In this document: positions 34,976 through 42,760 of the stretch, piece after piece
How the letters are laid out: each line of letters starts with the position of its first letter
Position numbering within the stretch: the first letter of the stretch is position 1
Source: Nanobdellota archaeon
GTDB taxonomy: Archaea > Nanobdellota > Nanobdellia > SCGC-AAA011-G17 > GW2011-AR17
NCBI GenBank assembly: GCA_013329215.1
Contig: DUKS01000012.1
Coordinates: forward strand, 1-57,385
DNA length: 57,385 nucleotides
Direction of reading: 5' to 3'
Notes under the pieces: model-generated
The model's database searches: none
The model's input: the letters and a program-made list of their open reading frames with translations, nothing else
What the model was told of the DNA's origin: nothing
Translations under genes and position numbers: made by a program

Positions 34976-35575
34976 ATGAGAGAATTCATTCTTCGCGCAA
35001 GGACAGCAAAAACGTCCGCTGATTTCGATACAAACAACCTCCCTGCCGCGGGCAGGATGGACTCTGTGTGCGCGTCTGTTTCAAATGCGCTGAACATTGC
35101 AAACACATTAAGAAAAGATACCGCAATCCATGTTGTAATGGAAGGGGGCCCTGAGCCGCCGAAGCTTTTGAGCTTTTACGGCGACAGGCTGAAAGGCATG
35201 GCATGGGACGAAAAAAGCATCGGAGAGTTCATAAAGAACGCCCTTGCAAAAGGAAAAGGCATGGAGGTTGGGGAAAAGAGAGAATTCTGCGACGGGCTTC
35301 TTGTTGAGAAAAAAAGCTTTGAGGCGCTGGTCAAGGAAAAGATAAAAGAGGGGAAGCAGGTTTTGTACCTGCACCAGGAAGGGAAAGACATAAGGGAAGC
35401 AAAGCTTCACGAGGATATTGTTGTTGTGTTCGGAGATTACATAGGAATGCCGCGGGCAACCGAAGGCTTGTTGGACAGGCTGGGCGCCGAAAGAGTTTCC
35501 CTGGGCCCCAAAATGCTGTTTGCAGCGCACTGCATCATAGTCGCGCATAACGAGCTTGACAGAAAGTTTGGCTGA
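34976..35575 (+). CDS. trmY: tRNA (pseudouridine54-N1)-methyltransferase TrmY-like (DUF358/SPOUT)
   Basis: MREFILRARTAKTSADFDTNNLPAAGRMDSVCASVSNAL... and C-terminal SLGPKMLFAAHCIIVAHNELD resemble Mj1640-type TrmY. The longer track ORF (34766) overlaps the upstream gene. Confidence 0.65.
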   Translation: MREFILRARTAKTSADFDTNNLPAAGRMDSVCASVSNALNIANTLRKDTAIHVVMEGGPEPPKLLSFYGDRLKGMAWDEKSIGEFIKNALAKGKGMEVGEKREFCDGLLVEKKSFEALVKEKIKEGKQVLYLHQEGKDIREAKLHEDIVVVFGDYIGMPRATEGLLDRLGAERVSLGPKMLFAAHCIIVAHNELDRKFG

Positions 35576-35613
35576 GAAAAAAGCTTATAATATAGTAAAG
35601 CGTCTTATTTCCC

Positions 35614-35997
35614 ATGAAAAAGAGGATTATATTAATAATGGCGATAATATCGCTTCTTGCCGCGGGCTGCTCGCAGTATAATGCGCAGCCTTACACAGCA
35701 CCTTCCGCCCCCGCGGTTTCGGAAGCCGCGCCAGGCACAGGAAGCACGGAAGCAGAAACAAATGCAGTAACAATAAGCAGCTTTGCATTCAACCCGCAGG
35801 AAATCACGATAAAAGCAGGAGGCTCAATAACCTGGACGAATCTCGACTCCGCGCCCCATACAGTTAAGTTCGAAGGTTTTGAATCAGAAAGGATGGGCAA
35901 CGGAGGCAGGTATGAGCATGCATTCATGGAGCCTGGAGAATATGATTATATCTGTAGCATTCACCCGTCAATGAAAGGGAAGGTGATTGTGCAATGA
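35614..35997 (+). CDS. Blue-copper (cupredoxin, plastocyanin/amicyanin-like) lipoprotein
   Basis: Lipobox LLAAGC. Type-1 Cu ligands in SAPHTV and YICSIHPSMKG. Confidence 0.8.
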   Translation: MKKRIILIMAIISLLAAGCSQYNAQPYTAPSAPAVSEAAPGTGSTEAETNAVTISSFAFNPQEITIKAGGSITWTNLDSAPHTVKFEGFESERMGNGGRYEHAFMEPGEYDYICSIHPSMKGKVIVQ

Positions 35998-36260
35998 GCG
36001 GAGAAAAATTTGACGCAGGCATGGCACCAAAGAAATGCATCTGCATTTCATGCCCCACATACAAGGATTGCGGGGAATTGGCATTCTGCCTGTCAAAAAA
36101 AGAGGCATGCAAGGCAATAACTGAAGAAAAAGGCTGCCTGTGCCAGTCCTGCCCTGTGCATGAAGCAATGAGTTTCAGGCACGCATATTATTGTACAAGC
36201 GGCGGAGAAAAGCACCAGACAACAAAAACAGAGAAGGCCCGCTACGCAAGAAAGCAGTAA
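35994..36260 (+). CDS. DUF2769-like Cys-rich small protein (paralog 1)
   Basis: CICISCPTYKDCG..FCL..C..EEKGCLCQSCPVH..YYC. Confidence 0.6.
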   Translation: MSGEKFDAGMAPKKCICISCPTYKDCGELAFCLSKKEACKAITEEKGCLCQSCPVHEAMSFRHAYYCTSGGEKHQTTKTEKARYARKQ

Positions 36261-36274
36261 AGGTGAAATAAAAT

Positions 36275-36490
36275 ATGGCAGGAAAAGAACCAAGGTGCAT
36301 TTGCGGCTCATGCCCCAGCTTTAATGAATGCGGCGCAAAGGCGTTCTGCTTTGATGAAACAGGGAAAAGCAAGTGCATAAAAGAAGAAAAAGGCTGCTTG
36401 TGCCCGTCATGCCCTGTGCAGGATAAATTTAAGTTCAGCCACACATATTACTGCATAAGGGGAAGCGACAAAAAGCAGGGCAAAAAATGA
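36275..36490 (+). CDS. DUF2769-like Cys-rich small protein (paralog 2)
   Basis: CICGSCPSFNECG..FCF..C..EEKGCLCPSCPVQ..YYC, colinear with paralog 1. Confidence 0.6.
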   Translation: MAGKEPRCICGSCPSFNECGAKAFCFDETGKSKCIKEEKGCLCPSCPVQDKFKFSHTYYCIRGSDKKQGKK

Positions 36491-37269
36491 AATGGAAATG
36501 CTCTGTCTGCGGATATGTGCATGAAGGCAAAAGCCCGCCGAAGGAATGCCCGCAGTGCAGCTCCGGCGCAGGAGAATTTGTAAGGGATGCGCCAGGGAAA
36601 AAGCTGGCTTATGACGGAAAAAAATTCGATGTCCTGCTGATTAACGGAAGCTCGCACAATGCGCACAACACAAGCCTGCTTGCAGACATTGCAGAAGGCG
36701 AACTGAAAAAAAGAAAAATAAGCTGCAGGCGCTTTGACCTGAACAGGCTGCAGATATACCACTGCTGGTGCTGCTACAGCATGGAAGACAAGGCATGCAC
36801 TTACCCGTGCAGGAACCAGCTTGACGATGCGCCCGCCCTGCATGAAATGCTTCTTCAGGCAAAAGCTGTCATCGTAGTAAGCCCCATAAACTGGAACAAC
36901 ATGTCTGCGCGGCTCAAGGATTTCCTTGACAGGCTGACATGCATAGAGAACATGCCCCTGCTGGGGAAGAAAGCGCCGTGCATAGGAAAGATTGCCGCTG
37001 TTCTCATAAACGGGCATGAAGACGGCGCAATGAAGACAGCAATGGACATTTTCCTTTATTTCGAGCAGATGGGATTCATTCTTGCCCCGTTCGGCTTTGC
37101 GTACAGGACACACGGCGGGCAGTTCAATGCAAAGGAAGACAATGGCTTCTTCAGGGGGGACAGGAAAATAAAAAAGGATATCGAAGGCGTTGTCCATAAT
37201 GTTGCAGAGATGATTAAGCTCGGCATTGAAAAAAAAGCAGAAGGCAGGATAAAAGAGGTGTGCGAGTAA
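36487..37269 (+). CDS. Rubredoxin-like zinc ribbon fused to a flavodoxin-like FMN reductase / iron-sulfur flavoprotein
   Basis: WKCSVCGYVHEG..PKECPQC, then VLLINGSSHNAHNTS and the compact Cys cluster HCWCCYSMEDKACTYPC. Confidence 0.65.
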   Translation: MKWKCSVCGYVHEGKSPPKECPQCSSGAGEFVRDAPGKKLAYDGKKFDVLLINGSSHNAHNTSLLADIAEGELKKRKISCRRFDLNRLQIYHCWCCYSMEDKACTYPCRNQLDDAPALHEMLLQAKAVIVVSPINWNNMSARLKDFLDRLTCIENMPLLGKKAPCIGKIAAVLINGHEDGAMKTAMDIFLYFEQMGFILAPFGFAYRTHGGQFNAKEDNGFFRGDRKIKKDIEGVVHNVAEMIKLGIEKKAEGRIKEVCE

Positions 37270-37482
37270 ATGCTGAACAATATCTCATATTACCTGATTC
37301 TCGGCAGGCCCCTGATATTCTATCTCGGGCTTTTGACTTTAACTTCGCTTCTTACAACAGCAACGCTCGGAGCGCTTGTGATTAAGGGCAGGATAAAATT
37401 CAAATACCATAAGGCGCTTGCAATAACCACAGTCTGCATAGCGCTTACGCACGGAACGCTGGCGTTCCTGGCCTATCTGTAA
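37270..37482 (+). CDS. Small two-helix membrane protein
   Basis: 70 aa with two hydrophobic helices. Starts immediately after the upstream stop. Confidence 0.4.
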   Translation: MLNNISYYLILGRPLIFYLGLLTLTSLLTTATLGALVIKGRIKFKYHKALAITTVCIALTHGTLAFLAYL

Positions 37483-37593
37483 CTGCATAAAATCAGTAAA
37501 CTATTTTCACTTCGTTCAAAAGTTCACCCACTACGTTCGTAAACTATAAAAAACACCAGCCTATATCATATCTGTCAAAAAGGGGATGATACC

Positions 37594-38172
37594 ATGAAAA
37601 CAACCGAAAACCTGTCAAAAGCATTTGCAGGCGAGTCAATGGCAAGGAACCGCTACACGTTTTTTGCAGCTATAGCAAGAAAAGAGGGATACGAGCAGAT
37701 AGCCGAGATATTCACAATGACTGCCGACAACGAAAAAGAGCACGGAAGCTGGTTCTTCAGGATGGCTAACGAGCTCAAGAAAGGCGACAAAAAGCTTGCA
37801 GAGATTAAGGTTGAAGCGCCTGTGAATACTGCATTGGGAACAACAGCAGACAACCTCATGGAAGCAATACACGGTGAAAACATGGAGCATACAAAGCTTT
37901 ATCCTGAATATGCAGACACAGCAGAAAAAGAGGGATTCAAGGCAATCGCGGCAAGAATCAGGGCTATTGCAAAGGCAGAATCGCACCATGAAGAGAGGTA
38001 TGCAAAGCTTTTGGCTGAGCTGAAAGCAGGGACTTTGTTCAAAAAGAACGAGCCAGTTGCGTGGATGTGCAGGGAATGCGGGTATGTGCATATAGGGAAA
38101 GAGCCGCCTGCAAAGTGCCCGTCATGCGACCATGCAAAGGGATTTTACCAGATAAAGTGCGAGAGCTATTAA
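37594..38172 (+). CDS. rbr: Rubrerythrin
   Basis: Di-iron four-helix motifs (FAGESMARNRY, EKEH, ENMEH, ESHHEERY) plus a C-terminal rubredoxin CRECG..CPSC. Confidence 0.9.
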   Translation: MKTTENLSKAFAGESMARNRYTFFAAIARKEGYEQIAEIFTMTADNEKEHGSWFFRMANELKKGDKKLAEIKVEAPVNTALGTTADNLMEAIHGENMEHTKLYPEYADTAEKEGFKAIAARIRAIAKAESHHEERYAKLLAELKAGTLFKKNEPVAWMCRECGYVHIGKEPPAKCPSCDHAKGFYQIKCESY

Positions 38173-38222
38173 AAAGCTGAAGGGTTAGATATATAAATTC
38201 CCCCGCCCACAAAATAAGTGGC

Positions 38223-38600
38223 ATGAAAGCGCTGGGCAAAAGAGGGGAAGCTGAAGAGCTGGAAACACTTACACTGTTTGATGTTGTGCTTGGGATTGTG
38301 GTTGCAACTTTTCTGGTAATTGCCGCGCTGTCGTTCAGCAGCATTTCATCATTCGGCAGGCTGTACCTTGAAAAAGACGTGTCTCTTCTCACAAGCGCGG
38401 TGCTGTCATCCCCCGGGCAGATTACGCTGAAATACCCTATAGGAGAAGATTACAGAGTGCAGATGTGCGAACCTGAAACCAATATATGCAATCATGTGAA
38501 AGTTGTGCATGACCCCACGCTTCTTGGCGTATTAAAGAAAGACAGGCTGGTATTCGGCTCAAGCCCTGCAACAGACCTTAGCCTGGAGAGGGAAGAATGA
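38223..38600 (+). CDS. Pilin-like protein (class III signal peptide)
   Basis: MKALGKRG|EAEELETLTLFDVVLGIVVATFLVIAALSF. TATA-like GATATATAAA ~28 nt upstream. Confidence 0.5.
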   Translation: MKALGKRGEAEELETLTLFDVVLGIVVATFLVIAALSFSSISSFGRLYLEKDVSLLTSAVLSSPGQITLKYPIGEDYRVQMCEPETNICNHVKVVHDPTLLGVLKKDRLVFGSSPATDLSLEREE

Positions 38601-39172
38601 GAATAGGCAAAAAGGCCAGCTATGACTTCAGCAGGAAGGCAATCTATTTTATAGTTGTCCTGTTTGTGCTTACGTTCATATTCCTTTACATGCACGGCGC
38701 CATTGTAAATTACAACAAGATTGCGGTGCAGAAAGAGGCTGCAATAGCAGGGGTTGTGCTTGCGCAGGAAGCGATAATGTCGCCCAAGTGCTTTGCATAC
38801 GTGGACGCGGCAACAGGCAGGGCTTATCCGGGCATGATAGACCTTGAAAAATTCAACAGCGAAGGCAAGCAGCGCTGCATGGAATACCTGAACATCCCTT
38901 ATAAAATAACGCTTTTGTCATTTGGGAACGTGCCCGAGCTGCAGTCTGACGGAAAAACAATAGCAAAAGGCAGCCAGGAAGAGCTTAAAGAAAAAGTTGT
39001 AAGAAGCGTGCTGATAATGAACAAAGGCCAGGTTACAAGAGGCTCAATGACATTTGAGCTTAATGACTATTTCATAGATGACAGCAAGAAAGAAAACTCA
39101 GAGCCTTATGAGGAAATATCAAGGCAGTCTGAGGAATTTTATGAGAATGTGGGGGCAACTGTGTCTATCTAA
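38597..39172 (+). CDS. N-terminally anchored hypothetical protein (pilin-like operon member)
   Basis: One N-terminal TM helix (AIYFIVVLFVLTFIFLY). ATGA overlap with the upstream gene. Confidence 0.45.
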   Translation: MRIGKKASYDFSRKAIYFIVVLFVLTFIFLYMHGAIVNYNKIAVQKEAAIAGVVLAQEAIMSPKCFAYVDAATGRAYPGMIDLEKFNSEGKQRCMEYLNIPYKITLLSFGNVPELQSDGKTIAKGSQEELKEKVVRSVLIMNKGQVTRGSMTFELNDYFIDDSKKENSEPYEEISRQSEEFYENVGATVSI

Positions 39173-39177
39173 GCAAA

Positions 39178-39756
39178 ATGAAAACGAACAGAAAAAAAGG
39201 GCAGACAGAGGATATATTCGCAGATCTTGTCATCGCGTTAATCCTGATTGTAGCGACAATAGCAATAATCGCTACAAAAGAGTATTTTCAGGGCAACAGC
39301 GTGCCTGTAAAAACACAAAAAGACGTAACAGGGCTCTATGGCACTGACATAGTGACATTGATGCGGACACCTGTGCCTGAATTTTACCTGCGCGATACAA
39401 TATGGCGTGAGTCTGAGGTAAAATTCGGAGAGATGCTGGCAATAATCGGCGAAGGGAACAAAGAAAAATACCCATGGGTATTCTCAAAGCAGATTGCGGG
39501 ATTTTCCCCAAACTACGGGTTTGTGGTGCAGGAAGGCGGCAAATGCACTGCAAGCTTTGAAGAGGCGCTTGGCATTTACATGCGCTTTTTATGGCAGGTT
39601 GCATTGTACAACGATAAAGGGGAGCAGGTATTCTGGTGCTCGCCAAAGGGCGTCAAGTTCACAAACGAGCGCGACCCTTACTGCCAGCTCATAAGGACAA
39701 AGCTGCCAACAGAGACAGGAAATACAATAACTGCTGAAATAGGGGTGTGCCCATGA
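39178..39756 (+). CDS. Pilin-like protein (class III signal peptide)
   Basis: MKTNRKKG|QTEDIFADLVIALILIVATIAIIA. Confidence 0.5.
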   Translation: MKTNRKKGQTEDIFADLVIALILIVATIAIIATKEYFQGNSVPVKTQKDVTGLYGTDIVTLMRTPVPEFYLRDTIWRESEVKFGEMLAIIGEGNKEKYPWVFSKQIAGFSPNYGFVVQEGGKCTASFEEALGIYMRFLWQVALYNDKGEQVFWCSPKGVKFTNERDPYCQLIRTKLPTETGNTITAEIGVCP

Positions 39757-41141
39757 ACAGAAAAGCGGTTGCTGTGCTTGCTATATCCGCAATCGGGTTC
39801 CTTGTGGCGATTATATTATTCTATAACAAGGCCATCAACCTTGTCCCGGGCCCGCCTGCCGAATACCTCGGCGAAACCCAGGTCAAGGTGTATGGAGCAT
39901 ACATTGAGGGGGAAAGGCAGCTGCTTTACATTGACATGGCTGCAGAATATGCATTTGACGCTGCAGGCGGGGCTGAAAAGCTAAGCGCAGCGAATGACGG
40001 ATTCCTGGTAAGGTTCGGGCTTGAATTCTCAGGATACCTGGACAAGTTTAACAGCATGTTTAACGCAGGCTTAAACATTTCAAATTACACATTTTATGCT
40101 GACAATACGGGAATATGGGGGGTCTGCAACAAGGACCTGAACCTGACAACAGAGCTTTACGATTATAAGTTCAGGCCTAACTTCAGGGTTGCTGCAAAGA
40201 ACAGGCTGCCGCAGGAAGTGCAGCAGCACTATGAAGAGCAGGCTCAGGAAGCTCCTGCAGAGGAGCCTGTGCAGGAAGTGCCGGCAGAGGAAGAAACGCC
40301 AGTAGAGCTTGTTTCCGGCAATGTAAAATTCGTTGTAATGAGCGATATCCACACATTCCCGGAGGGTGGCCGGGCTTTAAGGATAGCGGCCGCAGATGCT
40401 GTAAAAGCATTAAACCCGGACCTGGTGGTTATGACCGGCGACATTGTGTCAGGCGACCCGGATACAACACTTGAATCAAGAGTAACAGCAATGTGGAGCC
40501 TGTTTGACACTGAAACAAGAAGCAGGCTGGGCAGCATACCTATTGCAGCCCTCGGCGGGAACCATGACATGTATACATCCCAACTATTGGAGGGATACAC
40601 AAATTACTGGAATGAACATCGGCCCGCCCTTGATGTAACAGGCAATTACCCGCTTTATTATTCATTTGACTTCAACAATGTGCATTTTGTCATGCTTAAG
40701 AGCAACAGGGCGCGTATGGAAGAGTCGCAGCTCGAATGGCTCGCAGATGACCTCGGCAATGCAAAATCCGAAGGCAAGGCTTCATTGGTGTTTTCCCATT
40801 ACGCCCTTGCCGCCATGAAACTAAACGACCCGGATGTGCTGCAGCCAAATGCAAGGCTTAAGGACATCTTAAAGCAGAACAATATTATAGCATTCATACA
40901 TGGCGACACGCATGTCTTTTTCAGGGGACTGACAGACGGGATTAATGTAATAAATCTAGCGTCTGTTGCCGGCGTAAAAAGAAAGCTGGCCGGCGCAGAA
41001 ACGAACACGCCGCGTATGATAATGGTCGGGGAAATAAGCAACGGGCAATTAAGCACTTATGAGCTCATAGAGCCGGATTATCTCACGCAAAGGTTTGACG
41101 AAAGCGTGATTGCGGGCATAAGGCCACCAGGCTTTAGCTAG
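39753..41141 (+). CDS. Membrane-anchored extracytoplasmic calcineurin-like metallophosphoesterase
   Basis: N-terminal TM helix. Motifs VVMSDIH, MTGDIVSGD, GGNHD, FSHYAL, IHGDTH. ATGA overlap with the upstream gene. Confidence 0.7.
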   Translation: MNRKAVAVLAISAIGFLVAIILFYNKAINLVPGPPAEYLGETQVKVYGAYIEGERQLLYIDMAAEYAFDAAGGAEKLSAANDGFLVRFGLEFSGYLDKFNSMFNAGLNISNYTFYADNTGIWGVCNKDLNLTTELYDYKFRPNFRVAAKNRLPQEVQQHYEEQAQEAPAEEPVQEVPAEEETPVELVSGNVKFVVMSDIHTFPEGGRALRIAAADAVKALNPDLVVMTGDIVSGDPDTTLESRVTAMWSLFDTETRSRLGSIPIAALGGNHDMYTSQLLEGYTNYWNEHRPALDVTGNYPLYYSFDFNNVHFVMLKSNRARMEESQLEWLADDLGNAKSEGKASLVFSHYALAAMKLNDPDVLQPNARLKDILKQNNIIAFIHGDTHVFFRGLTDGINVINLASVAGVKRKLAGAETNTPRMIMVGEISNGQLSTYELIEPDYLTQRFDESVIAGIRPPGFS

Positions 41142-42348
41142 CCGCCCTTCTTTTGATTTTCCTTGCAACGCCAAAAACAGGGAACCCTATTGTCAGCGCA
41201 GCCAGAATGTCTGACAAAGGCCTGCCAAGCCCGAGCATTGCATATAGGCCCCTTACAATGGAATAGCCTGAAGCGAGATACTCTCCGATAATGTCAATTA
41301 ACCCGCCATTTACCTTATCTATCTGCTGCCCGCTCTTTTTCTCCAGGGCCTGCTTTTCAATATCATCCGCCTTTGCAAGTATCTCTGCCCTATCATTAAA
41401 GTAATCAGCATCTGCAAGGCCTGTTTCAATCCTGCTGCAGATATCCTCCGCAGTTCCGTAATGCCCCAATGAGATTTCTGCTTCCGCCTGTGTAATTAAG
41501 ACGGAATATTCCTGCCCCATATCTTCCTGAAGCCTCTCACTAAAGGAGTCCGTCATTTCAATCATGCGCGAAGAATAATACTTGTGCCCGCCCCTTAACT
41601 TAAAAGCAAGCCTTTGGCCGCATGCGTGTGCCTCACCATATTTTTCAGACAAGAGGTATGTTTCGCATTCGGCTAATTCATCCAGTGCTTCACAGTAAGA
41701 AGAATTCTGCGATGCATTCCAGTCTGTATAAGCATGTATCCCTGTGCATACAGCTGTGCCCAGCAGACCGGCAGCAGCAAGCCCGAGAAGCGGGTATTTC
41801 AGGCGCGCCATTGCTGGATTAAACCCACCCCCGCCTTCTCTATCGCTTCTTCCCGCGCCATGCTGCGCCCTGTACCTTGATGAAAAGTCGTTTGCAATGT
41901 CTTCTATCGGCTTTGAACTGTCTATGGTGTATCCTGCTTTGCCTGCCAATGCATCCGCAAACAATATAGCTTTCAGCTGCTGGATATTCCTTGCTTTCAG
42001 CACAAGCGATTTCGAGCCTCTTGCTTCAAGCTCGCGGATGTAAACAGCAGCCGCCATTTTGTCCGCTGCATCAGGATCGCCTGCGCTAATGCCTGAAGAA
42101 GATATCGCAACCGGTGTTTCACAACAGGCATAAAGCAGACCTCCCCCCAAATCATGCCGGCTGCAGCCTGCGTAATCCGCGCATATAACCTCTTTCACGC
42201 TATAAGCGCCAACCATTCTGCCGAGCACGCCGCGGTCCATTGACCCGACAAAATAATCCAGCAGCAGCTGCTTGTCAAGGCTCAACCCCGTGTTTTTTGG
42301 CCTGCGTTTTCCTGCGATTATCTGTGCCGCACAGTCAACATCCCGCAT
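41134..42348 (-). CDS. Hypothetical membrane protein: ~200-aa cytoplasmic N-domain, a TM helix, ~150-aa outside domain and a C-terminal hydrophobic segment. Last gene of the E1/JAB operon.
   Basis: ATG 42348 overlaps the AsnC-like gene stop by 14 nt. TM YPLLGLAAAGLLGTAVCTGIHAY. The longer track ORF (to 42492) overlaps the regulator gene. Confidence 0.5.
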   Translation of the reverse strand: MRDVDCAAQIIAGKRRPKNTGLSLDKQLLLDYFVGSMDRGVLGRMVGAYSVKEVICADYAGCSRHDLGGGLLYACCETPVAISSSGISAGDPDAADKMAAAVYIRELEARGSKSLVLKARNIQQLKAILFADALAGKAGYTIDSSKPIEDIANDFSSRYRAQHGAGRSDREGGGGFNPAMARLKYPLLGLAAAGLLGTAVCTGIHAYTDWNASQNSSYCEALDELAECETYLLSEKYGEAHACGQRLAFKLRGGHKYYSSRMIEMTDSFSERLQEDMGQEYSVLITQAEAEISLGHYGTAEDICSRIETGLADADYFNDRAEILAKADDIEKQALEKKSGQQIDKVNGGLIDIIGEYLASGYSIVRGLYAMLGLGRPLSDILAALTIGFPVFGVARKIKRRAAS

Positions 42349-42760
42349 CTTCCTGCTTAACCTCCTCAACAATAAAATGCGTACGTTTTGAACTGCAAAG
42401 CCTTGCAGCCTGCTCCTCAAATTCATAATATGCTCCCATATTGCGGAATATCGCCGTTGCCATGACAGCAAACCTGCCTGAAGACACTGCAAGCGAGTTG
42501 GTGTTCCGGCTCTTTTTTAAAAATGACAAAAGCCTCCTGCTTTTCGGGTGGAACAGCATGAGCGCGTGCACTTCAAAACCGAGCGCCTTAAAATCAGGGA
42601 GAGTTGTGTATTTCAGCATCTTAGCCTCCGCGCGCTTAAGCGCCCTCATTGCAGTTTGCCTTGACATGCCCAGCTTGCTTGCAATCCCGGACAGCCTCTG
42701 CCTGGGGTCACGCCTAAGCTCCCTTACTACCTCATTCTCATAACCGTTCAATTGCACCAC
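42335..42760 (-). CDS. Lrp/AsnC-type HTH regulator inside the E1/JAB operon
   Basis: HTH RLSGIASKLGMSRQTAMRALKRAEA followed by a RAM-like beta-alpha-beta (FEVHALMLF..). Apparent GTG start overlapping the E1-like gene by 23 nt. Confidence 0.6.
   Translation of the reverse strand: MVQLNGYENEVVRELRRDPRQRLSGIASKLGMSRQTAMRALKRAEAKMLKYTTLPDFKALGFEVHALMLFHPKSRRLLSFLKKSRNTNSLAVSSGRFAVMATAIFRNMGAYYEFEEQAARLCSSKRTHFIVEEVKQEDAGC

Noticed and set aside
36448-37197. 249-aa minus-strand ORF
   Set aside because: It is antisense to the rubredoxin-flavoprotein gene, which has recognisable motifs and operon coupling. No motif is present. It is a shadow ORF.
42349-42492. N-terminal 48-codon extension of the membrane-protein ORF. 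The same issue applies to 14696-14809 for E1beta, 34766-34975 for TrmY and 3538-3810 for the SdpI-like gene.
   Set aside because: The extensions overlap well-supported upstream genes in another frame. Internal ATGs give standard ATGA or short-overlap coupling, or leaderless spacing from a TATA box.
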